64,000 nt of DNA from assembly GCA_026936335.1 (NCBI GenBank), contig JAPMXV010000026.1, forward strand, positions 62,001 through 126,000, given 5' to 3'. Shown here in pieces: positions 10,785-23,455 of this stretch; the first letter of the stretch is position 1; each line of letters opens with the position of its first letter. The notes beneath the pieces are model-generated. The model ran no database searches, was not told the DNA's origin, and saw only the letters and a list, made by a program, of their open reading frames with translations. Made by a program: the position numbers and the translations under genes. The stretch is from Mantamonas sphyraenae STR306. Its lineage: Eukaryota > Protista > CRuMs.

Positions 10785-13430
10785 TCACATGGCCAGGACG
10801 TCGCCTCCCTGCACCTCTGAGTGGCAGACAATCGTCTTGGCGACGTAAGCTTGACTGGGCTGGTCGTAGTCAAGGACGATATGCACAGGGTCGTCGGCGA
10901 GGTCGAGGTGAAGGATAGGTTGCAGGTGTCCTGCAAACACACTGGTGGAGATGCGAATGACGGGCCTGCCATTCACATAGCGAGGCCTAGCACAGCGTTC
11001 GTTTGCATCTCGCAGCATGCGACGCAGCTCATGGTCATCCACATGCTGCAGCGACAAAGGCAGTCGTTGGCGCATGTCCTCCGTGCAGACATGGTTGAGG
11101 AATGCCTTGCGAAGGAGCACGTCTGCGCGAGGAATGCAGACGCAGACGCAGCCCTGCGAGTCGCTGTGGCCCAGCGGGAGGTAGCGTGGAGGGATGGGCG
11201 TGTTCCGGTTGCCGTCCCACTTGCGAAAGACGCTGCGCAGCTGCATGTCCTCCTCGGGCAGCACCTCCTGCGCATGCATGCCACCGTGGTTGGTTTGGTG
11301 CCACACCACAAAGAGAAACTCGTTGTCGATGTCCACAAGGCCCGTGTTGACCACGGCAAAGAGCTTGGACAAGCCCTGAACAGACGGCTGCTCGTGCACA
11401 TGGTAGTCCTCCAGAGCACCAAAAAGGTTGATGCAGAGCATGGCACGGATCGACTCTGGGCTGGCATGCTGCAGGATGGGACATCCCTGCTGCAAACCGG
11501 ACACCACCCCATCGTCCACCTGCATCCGCTCGACCATGCTGCGAAAACACAGCCTCGTCTGCCCACATGTCCTCCTCCATCGACTCACACAGATCCAACA
11601 GAGAGGAATCCGATGTTGTCGATGTCGACGATGACGCTTTGTGTGTTTTGCTGTGGCTGGTTGTGTTGTCGGTCGTCGTCGTTGCTGTGGGCTGGCTGTG
11701 CAGACGTGCAACCGCAGGAGCAGCCTCTGCTGTGCTCAATGCATTCAGCGACTGCTTTGTCTCTGTGCGCTGCTCAGGATGCGCCGTCGAGCGCTTCTCG
11801 CTGCTCTTTGCTGCTTCCTGCAACATGTGTTGAACAGAGGGAATGACCGTACCTGCATCCTTCTGCGCCTGCTCCTTGTTCCCTTTGTTCTTGTGAACCT
11901 TGTTGGTTTCTTGAACAGGTGCTTGGACGTTGGGTGTCGCCTGGATGACCTGGGAAAGAGAAGGCACCGAGCCAAGATCCAGCTGCGTGCTTGCGTGGCC
12001 AGATGCTCCTTGCATGACCTGAGACAACGAGGGAACACTGCTTGTGCTCGGTTGACTCGTTCGCATGAGTTCCTGCAGCGCTCTGCTGGGCTTCTGCGTT
12101 TGTTGCGACGCACGAGGCTCCGGGAACCCCGACTCCATGATCGACGCAAGGGACGGCAGGTCACCGTATCCTGCCTCATCTGCGTACCCCACTGGCGGGT
12201 CACCCCAGATGAAGGACTCTCCTCGTCGTCCACGTTGTCCGCAAACGGCTCACCGTGCTTGTACGAGACCACTTCGACATCCTTGTCGTCGTCGCTGTCG
12301 TCAACATCGTCGTCGTCATCGTCGTCGTCATCATCCTCGTCATCATCGTCATCGTCACCAAGCACTCCCCACGTGTTGGAGGTCGCAGATGCACTGTTCA
12401 CAGAACTGCGTGTCGTTTGCTTGGACGACGTCGCCATTTTGCTCGCACGGCTGCTTCGCGACGGCGCTTCCGTCACCTTGAGGATGCTTTGGATCAGCAC
12501 CATCGCCTCTTGCTCAACCACAGTGTCTGAAGTGACGATGCACTCTGCATAGAACGGGTTTGGCCGATCCGGAAAGTTCTCGGGACATCGGACAATCAGG
12601 TCTTCTCGACAAACGAGATAGAGGACACCCCTGTGCTGCTCCACGCCCCACTCGTACCACATAACGGCTCCCCGAATCTTGTCTCGTAGCACCTTGTACT
12701 TCAGGTACGGATTGGGGGCCTCACGCATGCCTGCAAGTGGGATATCGCGGAGATTCAGTGATGCGCTGCTTTTGGTCTCAATGAACAGCCATTCCTTCAG
12801 CTCCTTGGGAACATCGCTGGTTTTCAAAACCCTCCATGTGCCGTTTGTGTCTAGCTTCTTCCAGCTGGGGTTCGTCACCACCGCAGCCTTGTCCTTGCTC
12901 TTCTTGCGCTTTGTCCGCGCTGTTCCCGCCGCAGCTGTCAGCGCGAGCGCGGGTTTCGACGCCTTGGCCTTTCCAGACTTGATCTTGGGTGGCGAAACCT
13001 GCGTACCCTTGCTACCCTGTGTGTGTTCGTCACTGCTGCTGTCCGACTCTGTGGATTCCTCATCGTCCTCCTGGTCTTGAAGGATGTTCCTGATCAGGAA
13101 CCCTGCTTCGGGCTCGCGCTCCATCACGCTCTCCTCCGTGTGAAACTCCTGCGCCACAAAGGGCGAAGTGCCATGCTTTAGGCGCACACATAGGATTATC
13201 CTTCTGGAAGAGGTGACCAAGTACACCGCGTCTCCTGGGGCGTTGCGCCAGCGGATCACCATGGCGATGACCTGCTTTTGCAGCTCCCCTAGCTTCTTCT
13301 TGTGCCTCGTGCTTCCCTTCATCGACCGCAGTATATCCCCACTGAAAAAGACAAAGCGCTCCAGCTTGGGGATGTTGTCCATCACTGTCCAATCGTCGCA
13401 ATAGTACTCTGCAAATTCATCTGTGGACAT
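10785..13430 (-). CDS. Protein with C-terminal DUF3825-like domain; two apparent 1-nt frameshifts
   Basis: Three overlapping minus-strand ORFs join at ~12200-12220 and at the run 11544-11547; C-terminus VVNTGLVD..NEFLFVVW...GHLQPILHLDL...YVAKTIV. Confidence 0.5.
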
Positions 13431-13593
13431 GGTTGATGTGTTGGTGTGGTTCACTGCGCGCATCGTCCCCGCTTTCCTTTTTGTGCGTTCCTGACAACCG
13501 CATCCGAATCCAGCCGGAATGTGCAGTCAAAGGTGGGGTGCAGTCATCTGCGTGACCTGTGCTCGACCGCACAGCCAACTCGAAATTCCGCGG

Positions 13594-15097
13594 ATGTTTG
13601 GGCGCACGCGGCGTAGTGGAGGAGGTGGTGGCATGCAGGTGTGGCGAACCGTGCACACATTGCACCACAGCGTCGCCACACGCACGGCGACGCCGTCACG
13701 GCCCCTGTCCGTCAGTGCCGCTTTACGACGAGGCAAACGCGGCGCAACCAACAAGCAGCAGGTCCATAGCGCAGTTGGAGGAGGAGGCAGCAATGGCAAC
13801 TCGCAGAGTCAAGCCACGCCGCCGCAGCAGGGGTCCTTCTCAGGCATGGAATTGCAGTTTCTCGGCACTTCGTCGGCCATGCCGTCGTCCACTCGAAACG
13901 TGACCAGCTTGGGGCTGAAACTCGGTACGTTCGTTGTGCACACAAATGGGCACCAGCATTATCCACACCTTTTCACTCTGACCAAAGTGCACACGGGGGT
14001 CATACGCTGATACGTGCTCTTCTGCTGACACACGCACGGGTTGCGGCGGACCAACATGCCTGCGCGCAGAACACGGCTCGACGTGGCTCTTTGACGCGGG
14101 CGAGGGCACACAGCACCAGATCATGCGCTCCGGGATTCGTTCGGGTCAAATTACACGCATTTTCGTCACGCACATGCATGGGGATCATACGTATGGCCTG
14201 CTAGGACTGCTGTGCAAGATCAACGCCTCGGTGTCGCCTTCGCACCCGCCCGTACACCTGTACGGGCCCACAGGCCTGCGTCAGTTTGTACAGAGTGGCT
14301 TGCGTTTGTCACACGCCCACATGCGCTGCAAATACCACATCCACGAGATTGTGGAGCCCGACAGTGTGGGCAACCGCAACATTGTCTCCACAGGTGTGGT
14401 TGACCGGCCATTTGACGACGTCCAGGCCCATGCCGACTTTGTGCTCAACCAGGACCGGCAAGTGACATTGCTCAGCGACGCCCACTATCGCGTCCATGCG
14501 GGCTTCCTCAAGCACACGGTGCCGTCGTACGGCTTTGTGGTCGAGGAGACGGCGCAGCCAGGAAGACTGGATGTGGATCGTGCACAGGCGCTGGGTGTGC
14601 CTGTGGGTCCCGAGCTGGGACGACTCAAGGCTGGACACACGGTGACACTGGACGACGGCTCACAGGTGACGCCGACGCAGGTGTTGGGACCCCCCTTGCC
14701 TGGGCGCAAGCTTGTGGTCATGGGAGACACGTGCGACAACACACACATGGCGTCGTTGTGCACACACGCGGATGTGCTCGTGCACGAATCCACCATGCAG
14801 GCCAGCATGCAGAACAAGGCCATCCGGTACGGCCACAGCACTTCCGCCATGGCCGGCGCCTTTGCCAAACACGTCCAGGCCAAGAACCTCATTCTGACGC
14901 ACTTTAGTGCTCGGTACGACGACGAGACAGGCAGGGACACGAGTGTTGTCGACGTCCAGACCCTCGTTCGCGAGGCACAGCGCTCCTACGGCAGCAAACA
15001 AGTCATAGCCGCACAGGATTTCATGGTGTACAGCATCCCACGGCCTTCCCACGCCTCTTCCTCTTCCTCCTCCTCCTCCTCCTCCCCTCCTTCCTAG
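13594..15097 (+). CDS. Short-form ribonuclease Z (ELAC1/Rnz type) with N-terminal targeting-like extension
   Basis: MELQFLGTSSAMPSSTRN, WLFDAGEGTQ, THMHGDH, GVPVGP exosite, GDT, HEST, GHST, LTHFSARY; intron ~13925-14069. Confidence 0.9.
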
Positions 15098-15110
15098 TGT
15101 CTCCTCCACC

Positions 15111-15848
15111 TCACCTGCTCAACAAGCTGGTGTGGCCGCCGGCACTGCCGCTGTACCCGAGCTTCTTCTGCGCCATGCCCATAAACTTGGCATACATCTC
15201 CTTGTCCCGCTTGCGCTGTTCGGCCAGAAGTTCCCGCACACGAATGCACTCCTTTGCAATCTTGCCATCCTTGGGTGCCAGCTTGACGGCGCGCGCAAGG
15301 TCCTTGGCCGCCTTTTCATAGTCCTCAATATGGCTCCAGTACAGCGAGCGACGGTACAGAGCCTTGGCGGAGCTGCCGTTCAGCTCCAATGCCGCACTGG
15401 TGTGTTTCAACACGTGGAACATTGTGTCGTCGTCGTGCTGCGCCAGGTACACTGCCGCCAAGTTTAGGTGCAGCACAACTTTCACTTTGTTGATCGCCAC
15501 CATCTCCTCCTCGCTCGGATCCTCAATGGTCCGCAGTGTCATCAGCCCCTGCGACCAGAGTGCACACATACACACAGAATGGGTTCATGCACGCGTGGCG
15601 CGGCCGCAGTCAGATGCGTTTTGTTGTTGTCAGCCGCCACTTTCCGCCTTCGACTCCCGGCAACGGATCAACGGCGCACGTCGTGTTCTCACCTTGCGGT
15701 ATTTGGTGCCCGCCTGTTCATACTCCCCGTCTCGGTACAAAGCATTGGCTTCATTCTTGAAACACACGGCCAGATCGATGCGGCCGTCAAACTCGTCTGG
15801 GAAGCGTTGCAGGTCTTCGCTGCGCGCGAGCTTGCCACTCTCGCTCAT
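15111..15848 (-). CDS. Small TPR protein (FKBP/cyclophilin-40-type TPR)
   Basis: FKNEANALYRDGEYEQAGTKY, LHLNLAAVYL, KALYRRS, DLARAVKLAPKD; one intron ~15692-15550. Confidence 0.7.
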
Positions 15849-15877
15849 GTTGACCTGCACGCCACTGCGCACATCCA

Positions 15878-15917
<40 letters not shown>

Positions 15918-15934
15918 CAACCCCGTTATCCACC

Positions 15935-17944
15935 TCAGTAGGTAAAGTTGGAGCGTCCACGTGCAACGGGTGCACGTCCGTTCTGCGACTCAAACTGCAG
16001 GCCGCCGAGACTGCCGCCGTCGTTGCGCCTTGCGTTTTGCTGCTGTTCCTGCTGCTGCTTCACCTGCATCTGCCACTCCAGCATCTGTTTGTACGACTCC
16101 TTGTCGTGTTGATGGCGCTGGTTGTCCCTTCCCAGACCCAGGCCCTGCTCTTGCATCCCCGAGCGACGTCGTGCCTCCTCCTTGGCTCGCTGTGCCTCCT
16201 TGATCTGCATCTGTGTCTGCAAATAGTCTGCATACGACTTTTTCTGCTGCTCTGCCTGCGATTGGCTGCGCTCGCCAATGCTCAGGCCGCCCACGCTGGC
16301 GCTGTCGCTCCCCGTGTTCTGCCCGTACCCACCACGGCTGCCGGTGCGTGATTCGTTTCGGCTGACACCTGCAGACTGGCTCTGGCTCATTTGTTGCTCC
16401 AGTTCCTGACGGTAGCGCTGCTTGTCGTAGCCGCTGTAGCCACCCAGCTGCAACCCTTGGTGTTCCTGCGCCTCCCGGGCCTCACGCTCCTTGCGTTCGT
16501 TCTCCGCTTGCAGACGCTGGTGCTCCAGCAGCTCCTGGCGGTAACGCTGCTTGTCGTAACCGCTGTAGCCACCCAGCTGCAACCCTTGGTGTTCCTGCGC
16601 CTCCCGGGCCTCGCGCTCCTTGCGTTCGTTCTCCGCTTGCAGACGCTGGTGCTCCAGCAGCTCCTGGCGGTACCGCTGCTTGTCGTACCCGCTGTAGCCT
16701 CCCAGCTGCAAACCTTGCTCCTCCTGATTGGCTTCGCGTTCCTTGCGTTCCTTCTCCGCTTGAAGACGCTGGTGCTCCTGCAGCTCCTGGCGGTACCTCT
16801 GCTTGTCGTAGCCGCTGTAGCCACCCAGCTTCAGGCCTTGCTCCTCCTCCTGCTGTTGCGCCTCCTTTTCCTTCTTTTGCTTTTCCGCTTGCAGACGCTG
16901 GTGCTCCAGCAGCTCCTGGCGGTATCGCTGCTTGTCGTAGCCGCTGTAGCCGCCCAGCTGCAAACCTTGCTCCTCCTGGTTGGCTTCGCGTTCCTTGCGT
17001 TCCTTCTCCGCTTGCAGACGCTGGTGCTCCTGCAGCTCCTGACGGTACCTCTGCTTGTCGTAGCCGCTGTAGCCACCCAGCTGCAGGCCCTGGTGCTGCT
17101 CCTCACGCTTACGTTCTTCGTTGCGCTTGCGCTCCTCAGCCTCGCGACGCATGCGCTCTTGCTCCTGCAGCTCGCGTCGGTACCTGTCCTTGTCGTAGCC
17201 ACGGTTCTCTGAAAAGGCCAGACCGCCCTGCGCACGTCCTCGCTCCTGCTGCGCCGCCTTTGCCGCACGCTTGTCTTCCTCGTCCTGCGCTGCCTGCTCC
17301 ATCAGCATTTCCTGGTGCTTCTTCAGCATCATCAGCTCTCGCTCGTACGGGCTCATGTTTTCCATCGACTGTCCACCGCCGCCGTTCGTGTCGTCGTCGT
17401 CGTCGTTGTCCTCACCCTGCTGCTGCTGCTGCTGTGCTTGCTCCATCTTGGCCACCTGTGCAACATGGGATTGCGAGCGGCTCGATGTGCTCCAGCGGTC
17501 GTCGTCGTAGTCGCCGGCGCCGCCGCCGTTGCCTGCGCTGTTGTACGCAAACACGTCGCTCATGCGCTGTGACCCTTCGCGTGACAGCACACTGCGTCGT
17601 CCGTGTGCACTCGTCTGCTGCTGACGTTGGCTCTGGCGCGACCCCTGCTGCTCACGGCGTGCCTGGGCGTCCTCCTGCTCCGCAAATCCACCAGGGAATG
17701 CCGACGAGATGGGCGGCATGGCAGGCTTGCTGTTGATTTGCTGCGACAACTGCAGGTCGCTGGTCTCCTCGGGCACGTCGTCGTAGTTCACGTACGGGCT
17801 ACGGCGTCCTCCTTGTGCATCCGACGACTGGCCCTGTTGCATTGGACTGCCGTATGCATCACGACTCGACGGCCTGCGGTTTCCCAGAAAGTCCAGTGCA
17901 TCCTCGGGTCCCGCCTTGCTCATCTGCACGGGGCGCAACGGGCT

Positions 17945-17975
<31 letters not shown>

Positions 17976-19594
17976 TGCATCTCGCGTTCGCGTTGCTGTT
18001 GCTGCTCTTCCTCTTGCTGACGCATTCGCTGTGTCTGCGAGTACTGCACCTCACCCTGGCGGATGCGATCGCGGTTGGCTTGCATTGCACGTGCGTTTTC
18101 CTCCATCATGGCACGGTACTGCTGCTGTTGCTCCTCTTGTTGCTGCAACTGCTCCATTTGCTGCTGGCGCTGTTGCTGCTGCTGCTGCTGCTGCTGCGAG
18201 TAATCGTCACCGATGGTAAAGTGCGAGCCCGTCGTGCGCTGCATGTTTTGCTGACGCGCACGCAGGTTCTCTTGCGACACAGTCGAGTCAAACGTCGACT
18301 GCGCACTCACCTTGCCAAAGATGTCTGTGTCGCCACGTCGCTGGCTGGACCGCACCTTGGGTGGCGTAAACTGCGTGCTGGTGTCTGGGTGCGAGAACGA
18401 CAACTGCGACTGGTTCATCCGCGTGCCGTACTGCTGCCGTTGCGCATGCTTCTCCTGCAGATAGTTTTCGTCAAACGGTTGCGAGCCCACCTTGCCTGCC
18501 ACTTCTTGCGGCTTGGGGTAGTCTGTGTTGCGAAAGATGCCCGACGATTGGTCCATCCCGCCGCGGCCTCCTTGCTCCTCCTGATACCGCTCCATGCTGT
18601 TGCGTCGTCCATGGCCGCTGTTACCGCGTGCGCTCCATCGACCGCCGTCGTCCTGCTGCTCGTCGTCTCCTTCACCTTCGCTGCCGAACGACCATTGCGA
18701 CCCGCGCACACGGTTCTTGTACGCCTCGCGCTGTGCCTGCCGCTCCTCGTGCGACGCACGCAGCACCTCTCCGTCGCTCGACTCTTCGTTCACCTTGAAC
18801 GTCTGTGTGCGTGCCGATCCGCTACCCGAACCACTGCTGTTTGTGCGTCGCGTGCGTGTCTCGTCGCCGAAGAAACGCTGGTCGCCGCCGGGTCCCTCCA
18901 TTGTGATGGCGCTCTGTTCCCCCGCAAACCCCCCCACCGCGCCGACGCGCGTGCAACCCCCCACCGTGTCCATGAGTCCCCCAATCGCAGATGCACCCGT
19001 GTGACATGTGTTTCGGTGTCAGTTTCCTGCGTGTTCCTTGCCCCCTCTTGTGCTCAGTGACCACTGGGCGCCGCACATGAAAAAGAAACGGACGTTTCGG
19101 TTGCGGCTCGAATAGTTTTCGCGCTCCTGCGACGCATGCTCTGCGTACTGTGCCAACGAAGTGCCCGACACCTGTCGGCCGTCCACATATCCGTTGCTGC
19201 TGTGGGCGCAATGCCCCATCGTGTCAGCGTGTGGACCTGCTCAGCCACAATTTCGTGCTCTTTCCCAGCACAAAGGCGCCCTCTTTGTCGCCACCCACCT
19301 GCTGTAGAAGTTGCCCGGGTTGTTCGGGTTCAAGCCCCCAGAGATCTCCACGTTTGACGAATAGTCGCGGTTGCGGTACTGCTGCGACATCTGAGCCTGC
19401 TCATACGCCTCGTAGGAGCTGAAAACAACCCTCGCCGAGTGTCAGCAAAATCTCTGTGGCCAACTCTCCCCCGTCGTCGTCACCTCGCTCCCACCTCGCT
19501 CCCACCCGGTCTCCACTTACTTGGGCTGCACGTTGTTCGGCTTGTCAAAGGTAAAGTCACGCGCACGCTGCTGCTGCTGCTGCTGTTGAAACAT
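15935..19594 (-). CDS. Large Q/E/R-rich repeat coiled-coil protein (possible microtubule/ciliary protein)
   Basis: 1012-aa ORF plus upstream exons from MFQQQQ (19594) joined by GT-AG introns and one G-run shift at ~19335. The same YxxR..S.(F/I) motif recurs in the upstream exons and the main ORF. Confidence 0.6.
16390..17225 (-). repeat. Coding tandem repeat, 123-129 nt unit (41-43 aa), 6 copies + 1 divergent
   Basis: GLQLGGYSGYDKQRYRQELxEHQRLQAExERKEREA repeated. Confidence 0.95.
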
Positions 19595-19662
19595 GACGGC
19601 GTTGGCTGTGCCAGCGCCAACCTGCGCAGCACAAACACACGGCGCAGAGAGGACATCACAGA

Positions 19663-20998
19663 ATGAGCTCACCTCTGCGACCAAAACGCAACGCGCGCAA
19701 GCGCAAAAAGGTGGTTCTGGACGACGACAGTGATGATGAGAATGCGTTTCAGGACGACAACAGCGACAACGACGACCAGGATGAATGGGACGAGTTTCAC
19801 GACGAGGCGGACGAGGAAAGCGACGACGCATGGGAAGAACCAGGCAGTCAGAGCAGCAGGGGCAAGGGCAGGGGCAAGTCCAAGGCCAAGGCCAAGGACA
19901 CAGCAAAGAACAAGATGCGGCGGGTGCAGGAAGCCGCGGAGCGACGTGTGAAGTCGCCCAAGAAGAAGAGCAAGACAGCGGCGGAGCGAAGACTCAGCAA
20001 AAAGCAAGAGGAGTTTGAGGCGGAAATCAAGGAAGAGGTGAAAGAGCGGCAGGAAGGTCGCAACGTGCTGGACGAGAAGGACGAGCGCGAGGAGAAGCAG
20101 AGGCAGCACCTCGCCAAAGCTGCACTTGAGCACGGTGTGGTGTCCGAGCATGTGCCCAGCGAGTACAGAATGATGAAACCCAGCAAAGGTGAGTGTGTGA
20201 GGTGTGGCGTGTGATGAAAGTGGCGGCAGCGGCGTGTGGGTGCAGTTGTTGCGAAAGAGGTGTGTGATCACTCACCCGCTCGTTTCCAAAAACCACCCCT
20301 CCACGCGCGCCTCACCGTCTACAGTGCTCAAACGCTGCACAGACGCAAGCATTGTGCGTCCAAGCAGCTCAAACAAGCAAAAGGGCAAATTCCTGCTGCT
20401 GCTGCCGGGTCGCTTTGCAGTGGGTGACAAGGAGGGCACTCTGGGCGAGCTCGAAGCGCTCGACACGCCCAACCCAGTGCTCTACATCGACTGGGATGTG
20501 GACGAGGCGGATGATCATAGCACTGAGAGCAAGACCGGAGACGAACCCGTCTCGGAGATGCAAGTGGAGTTTGTCGGAGGCACAACGAAACAGAAACGCA
20601 GACTCAAGCTGTTTGGGACAGTCATGGTGACCAAGAAACCCATGGTGTGCATGCGACCAGACGTCAACGGAAAGAGGGTGACGGTAACAGACACGTTTGA
20701 GCGCGTGGTTGTGTTTTCCGAGTACACTTGGGTGTTGGTCAGTCACGGCGTCGAGCACGAGGTCGACGAACAGCCAGACGGCTTTACGTTTGTGCCCACC
20801 ATCCACGTCAAAGGAGGCGCCTCTTTCTACGACAACCCTGCCAAGAAGAAGAGCAAGAAGAGCACTACGGAGGAGGAGGACGACGACGACGACGATGAAG
20901 ACGATGAAGACGACGACAAGGATGATGACGACGACGACAACGACGGTGATGACGATGATGATGATGATGACGATGATGATGATGACGAATGGAAATGA
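19663..20998 (+). CDS. RHL1: RHL1-like DNA-binding protein (topoisomerase VI accessory subunit)
   Basis: After intron 20189-20324: KPSKVLKRC..KGKFLLLLPG..GTLGELEALDTPNPVLYIDW..LKLFGTVM..VTDTFERVVVFSEYTWV, matching the plant RHL1 core as recalled. Confidence 0.78.
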
Positions 20999-22380
20999 AG
21001 AAAGCAAACAGAGCCCGCTTGGAGCCAACGAAACGAAAAATGTTTGGCGGATCACTCGGCTCGCTGCTGATGGTCGGCGTGGTCGCGCTGTCTTCGCTCA
21101 ACTCGCTCTTTGTGTACAATGCCAAGAACGAGAAGGGCGAGTTTGACTTTGACTCGACGACGCTGCCGCTGAACGTGGAGTTTCTCAAGCTGTGCCTGTC
21201 GGGCTTCTTCATGTGGAGGCAATACCAGGCCCGTGAGCCGTCCATCATGAACTACAAGTGGTCTGTGCTCGAGTCCCTCAAGTACATGGTGCCGGCCATC
21301 ATCTACGCCATCAACAACAACATCGTGCTGGCCGCATTCCTCTACCTCAATCCGGTCTACCTCGTTCCCCTCAACAACTTCAAGATCATCTGGACCTGTC
21401 TGCTGTGGAAGCTGTTCTTCAAAAAGTCCATCGGCAAACTCAAGTGGGCCTCCCTCACCGTGCTCATCATCGGCTGTGTCATCTCGCAGATGGAGCCGTG
21501 CGCAGAGGTGCCAGAGGGCCCCGAAAGTTCGGTGACAGCCGACAACGCCGCTTCCTCGGCCAGCCATGGCACCGACGCGGCTGGCAGCGAGGAAACACGC
21601 TTCACCAAGCGTGTTCTCATGACACAGGGTCTCGAAACGCCCTCACAGGTGTGTCTACGGCACGCCGGTGGCCGCAAACTGGCGGCCACAAAACGCGCAC
21701 AGAAGGCAGAGCCGCCCAAAGACACACGGTGGATCGGGGTGGCCTTGATGCTCACCGAGACCCTCCTCAGTGCCCTTGCCGGTGTGTACACAGAGGCACT
21801 GATGAAGAAGGGCGGCAATGATTCCATCCACGTGCAGAACTTCCAGCTGTACATGTACGGGGTGGTCATCACCCTCCTGTTCTGGCAGATCCAGGCCGGC
21901 TCGCATGCAGTGGAGCGCGCCAACCAGGGCTACTTCTCAGGGTACAACTTCTGGGCCGTGCTGTACATGGTCAACACGGCGTTTGGTGGCCTGCTGATCA
22001 GCGGTCTGCTCAAGTACGTGGACAACATCGCCAAAATCTTTTCGCAGAGCATCAGCATGGGTGTCGTCACCATCATGGGCGTGTTCTTCTTCAACCACTC
22101 GCTGAACATCTTCAACGTGCTGGGTTTGGGCAACATCTCTGTCTCGGTGTGGATGTACTACGTGGCTGCCGAACGCTTCATCGAGGCGGATCCTGCGGCA
22201 TCCTCCTCCTCACCCAGTGCAGGGACGCCCACAACTGCATCGTCGTCCACGCCGTCGGCACACACGTCCACGCCTCGGGGCAAGGACAGTGAACGCGGAG
22301 GCCCCCTGGCGTTTGCCCTCGATGACAAGGATGCTTCTGCGTCGGCACAGCTTGACGAGGACGGTGCCAAGAATGTGTGA
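20995..22380 (+). CDS. Nucleotide-sugar transporter (SLC35A family)
   Basis: VEFLKL, YMVPAIIYAINNNI, LSALAGVYTEALMK, IHVQNFQLY, LKYVDNIAK; multiple TM helices. Start at 20995 or 21040. Confidence 0.85.
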   Translation: MKKANRARLEPTKRKMFGGSLGSLLMVGVVALSSLNSLFVYNAKNEKGEFDFDSTTLPLNVEFLKLCLSGFFMWRQYQAREPSIMNYKWSVLESLKYMVPAIIYAINNNIVLAAFLYLNPVYLVPLNNFKIIWTCLLWKLFFKKSIGKLKWASLTVLIIGCVISQMEPCAEVPEGPESSVTADNAASSASHGTDAAGSEETRFTKRVLMTQGLETPSQVCLRHAGGRKLAATKRAQKAEPPKDTRWIGVALMLTETLLSALAGVYTEALMKKGGNDSIHVQNFQLYMYGVVITLLFWQIQAGSHAVERANQGYFSGYNFWAVLYMVNTAFGGLLISGLLKYVDNIAKIFSQSISMGVVTIMGVFFFNHSLNIFNVLGLGNISVSVWMYYVAAERFIEADPAASSSSPSAGTPTTASSSTPSAHTSTPRGKDSERGGPLAFALDDKDASASAQLDEDGAKNV

Positions 22381-22485
22381 CGATGGCAGCAGGAAGGAGA
22401 GAAGACAGAGAGGAGAGTGTGCAGGAGAGGCATTGGCGATGGAGAATGGAATCGCTGCGGGTCCCCCATCGGGAACATTCCAACC

Positions 22486-23455
22486 ATGACGACGGGTGCC
22501 GGAGAACAGGGGGTCATGGTTGCGTCCCTACGGCCAGGAATGAAACGGGTGCACACGCGCGTGGTGGTTTTGGAAAAGGGCAGTGTACAGAACAAGCGCG
22601 GGGGAGTGATGCTTGTAGCGCTGGTCGCCGACGGCTCTGCCTGCGTCAACATGGTACTGTTTGACCAGTATGCCACAGAATTGCAGCCGGGAGATATTGT
22701 ACACGTGAGCAACGGGTATACCTCGCTGCACAGATACCAGATGCATCTGTACTGCGGCCGTTATGGCGTGATCACACGGGTGAACAAGTAAGCGTCCCTT
22801 CCCCACTGCACACACCGCTCATTGACACACACTGACCCTGGCACCATCTTTGCATTGCACCACACAGGTTCTGCATGCTATTCAATGAGACTGTAAACAT
22901 GAGCCACGTCTTCTGGGTGGCTCACCCGACCCTGGCGGGTGGCTTTGTACGTGCACGCCCCCTCTCCTGCGCGTATTCACTCTCCAAATGCTCATGGTGC
23001 ACACACACATTCCCCTCCACGCACAGATCTTGTACGATGAGGCCATCAAAATGGGGATCCAGAACCCTCAGCTGGAGCAAGGGGAGTTTGGAGGCGGCGC
23101 GGTCAGGTCAGGCTCGCCAAGCGCAGGCGGCACACAAGCTGGTGCTCAATCAGCAGCGGCTCACAACATGCACAATCTGTCCATGTTGCGCACACACAGT
23201 CCGTACGGTGGCGAGCGTCGCGGGAACAGCCGCCGGGGGCGGGAAAGACAAGGAGGCGCTGGAAGGTGGCGAGGCGGAGGCACAGGCGAGGACGAGGAGG
23301 TGAACATGGAGATGGGACGGGGCAGAGGGGCCACACGTGGATACCCTTTTGCGCATCAGCATCAGCATGCGCATCAGCAACAACAGACGCGCAGGCGTGG
23401 CCAACATGGACATGGACGCGCTGCCTCGGGCGGCAGCCGGCGGGGCACAGGATGA
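22486..23455 (+). CDS. SOSS complex subunit B (NABP/hSSB1-like OB-fold ssDNA-binding protein)
   Basis: LRPGMK..VVVLEKG..LVADGSACVNMVLFD..LQPGDIVHVSNGYTSL..LYCGRYG|FCMLFNETVNMS; two introns; 3' end uncertain. Confidence 0.75.
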
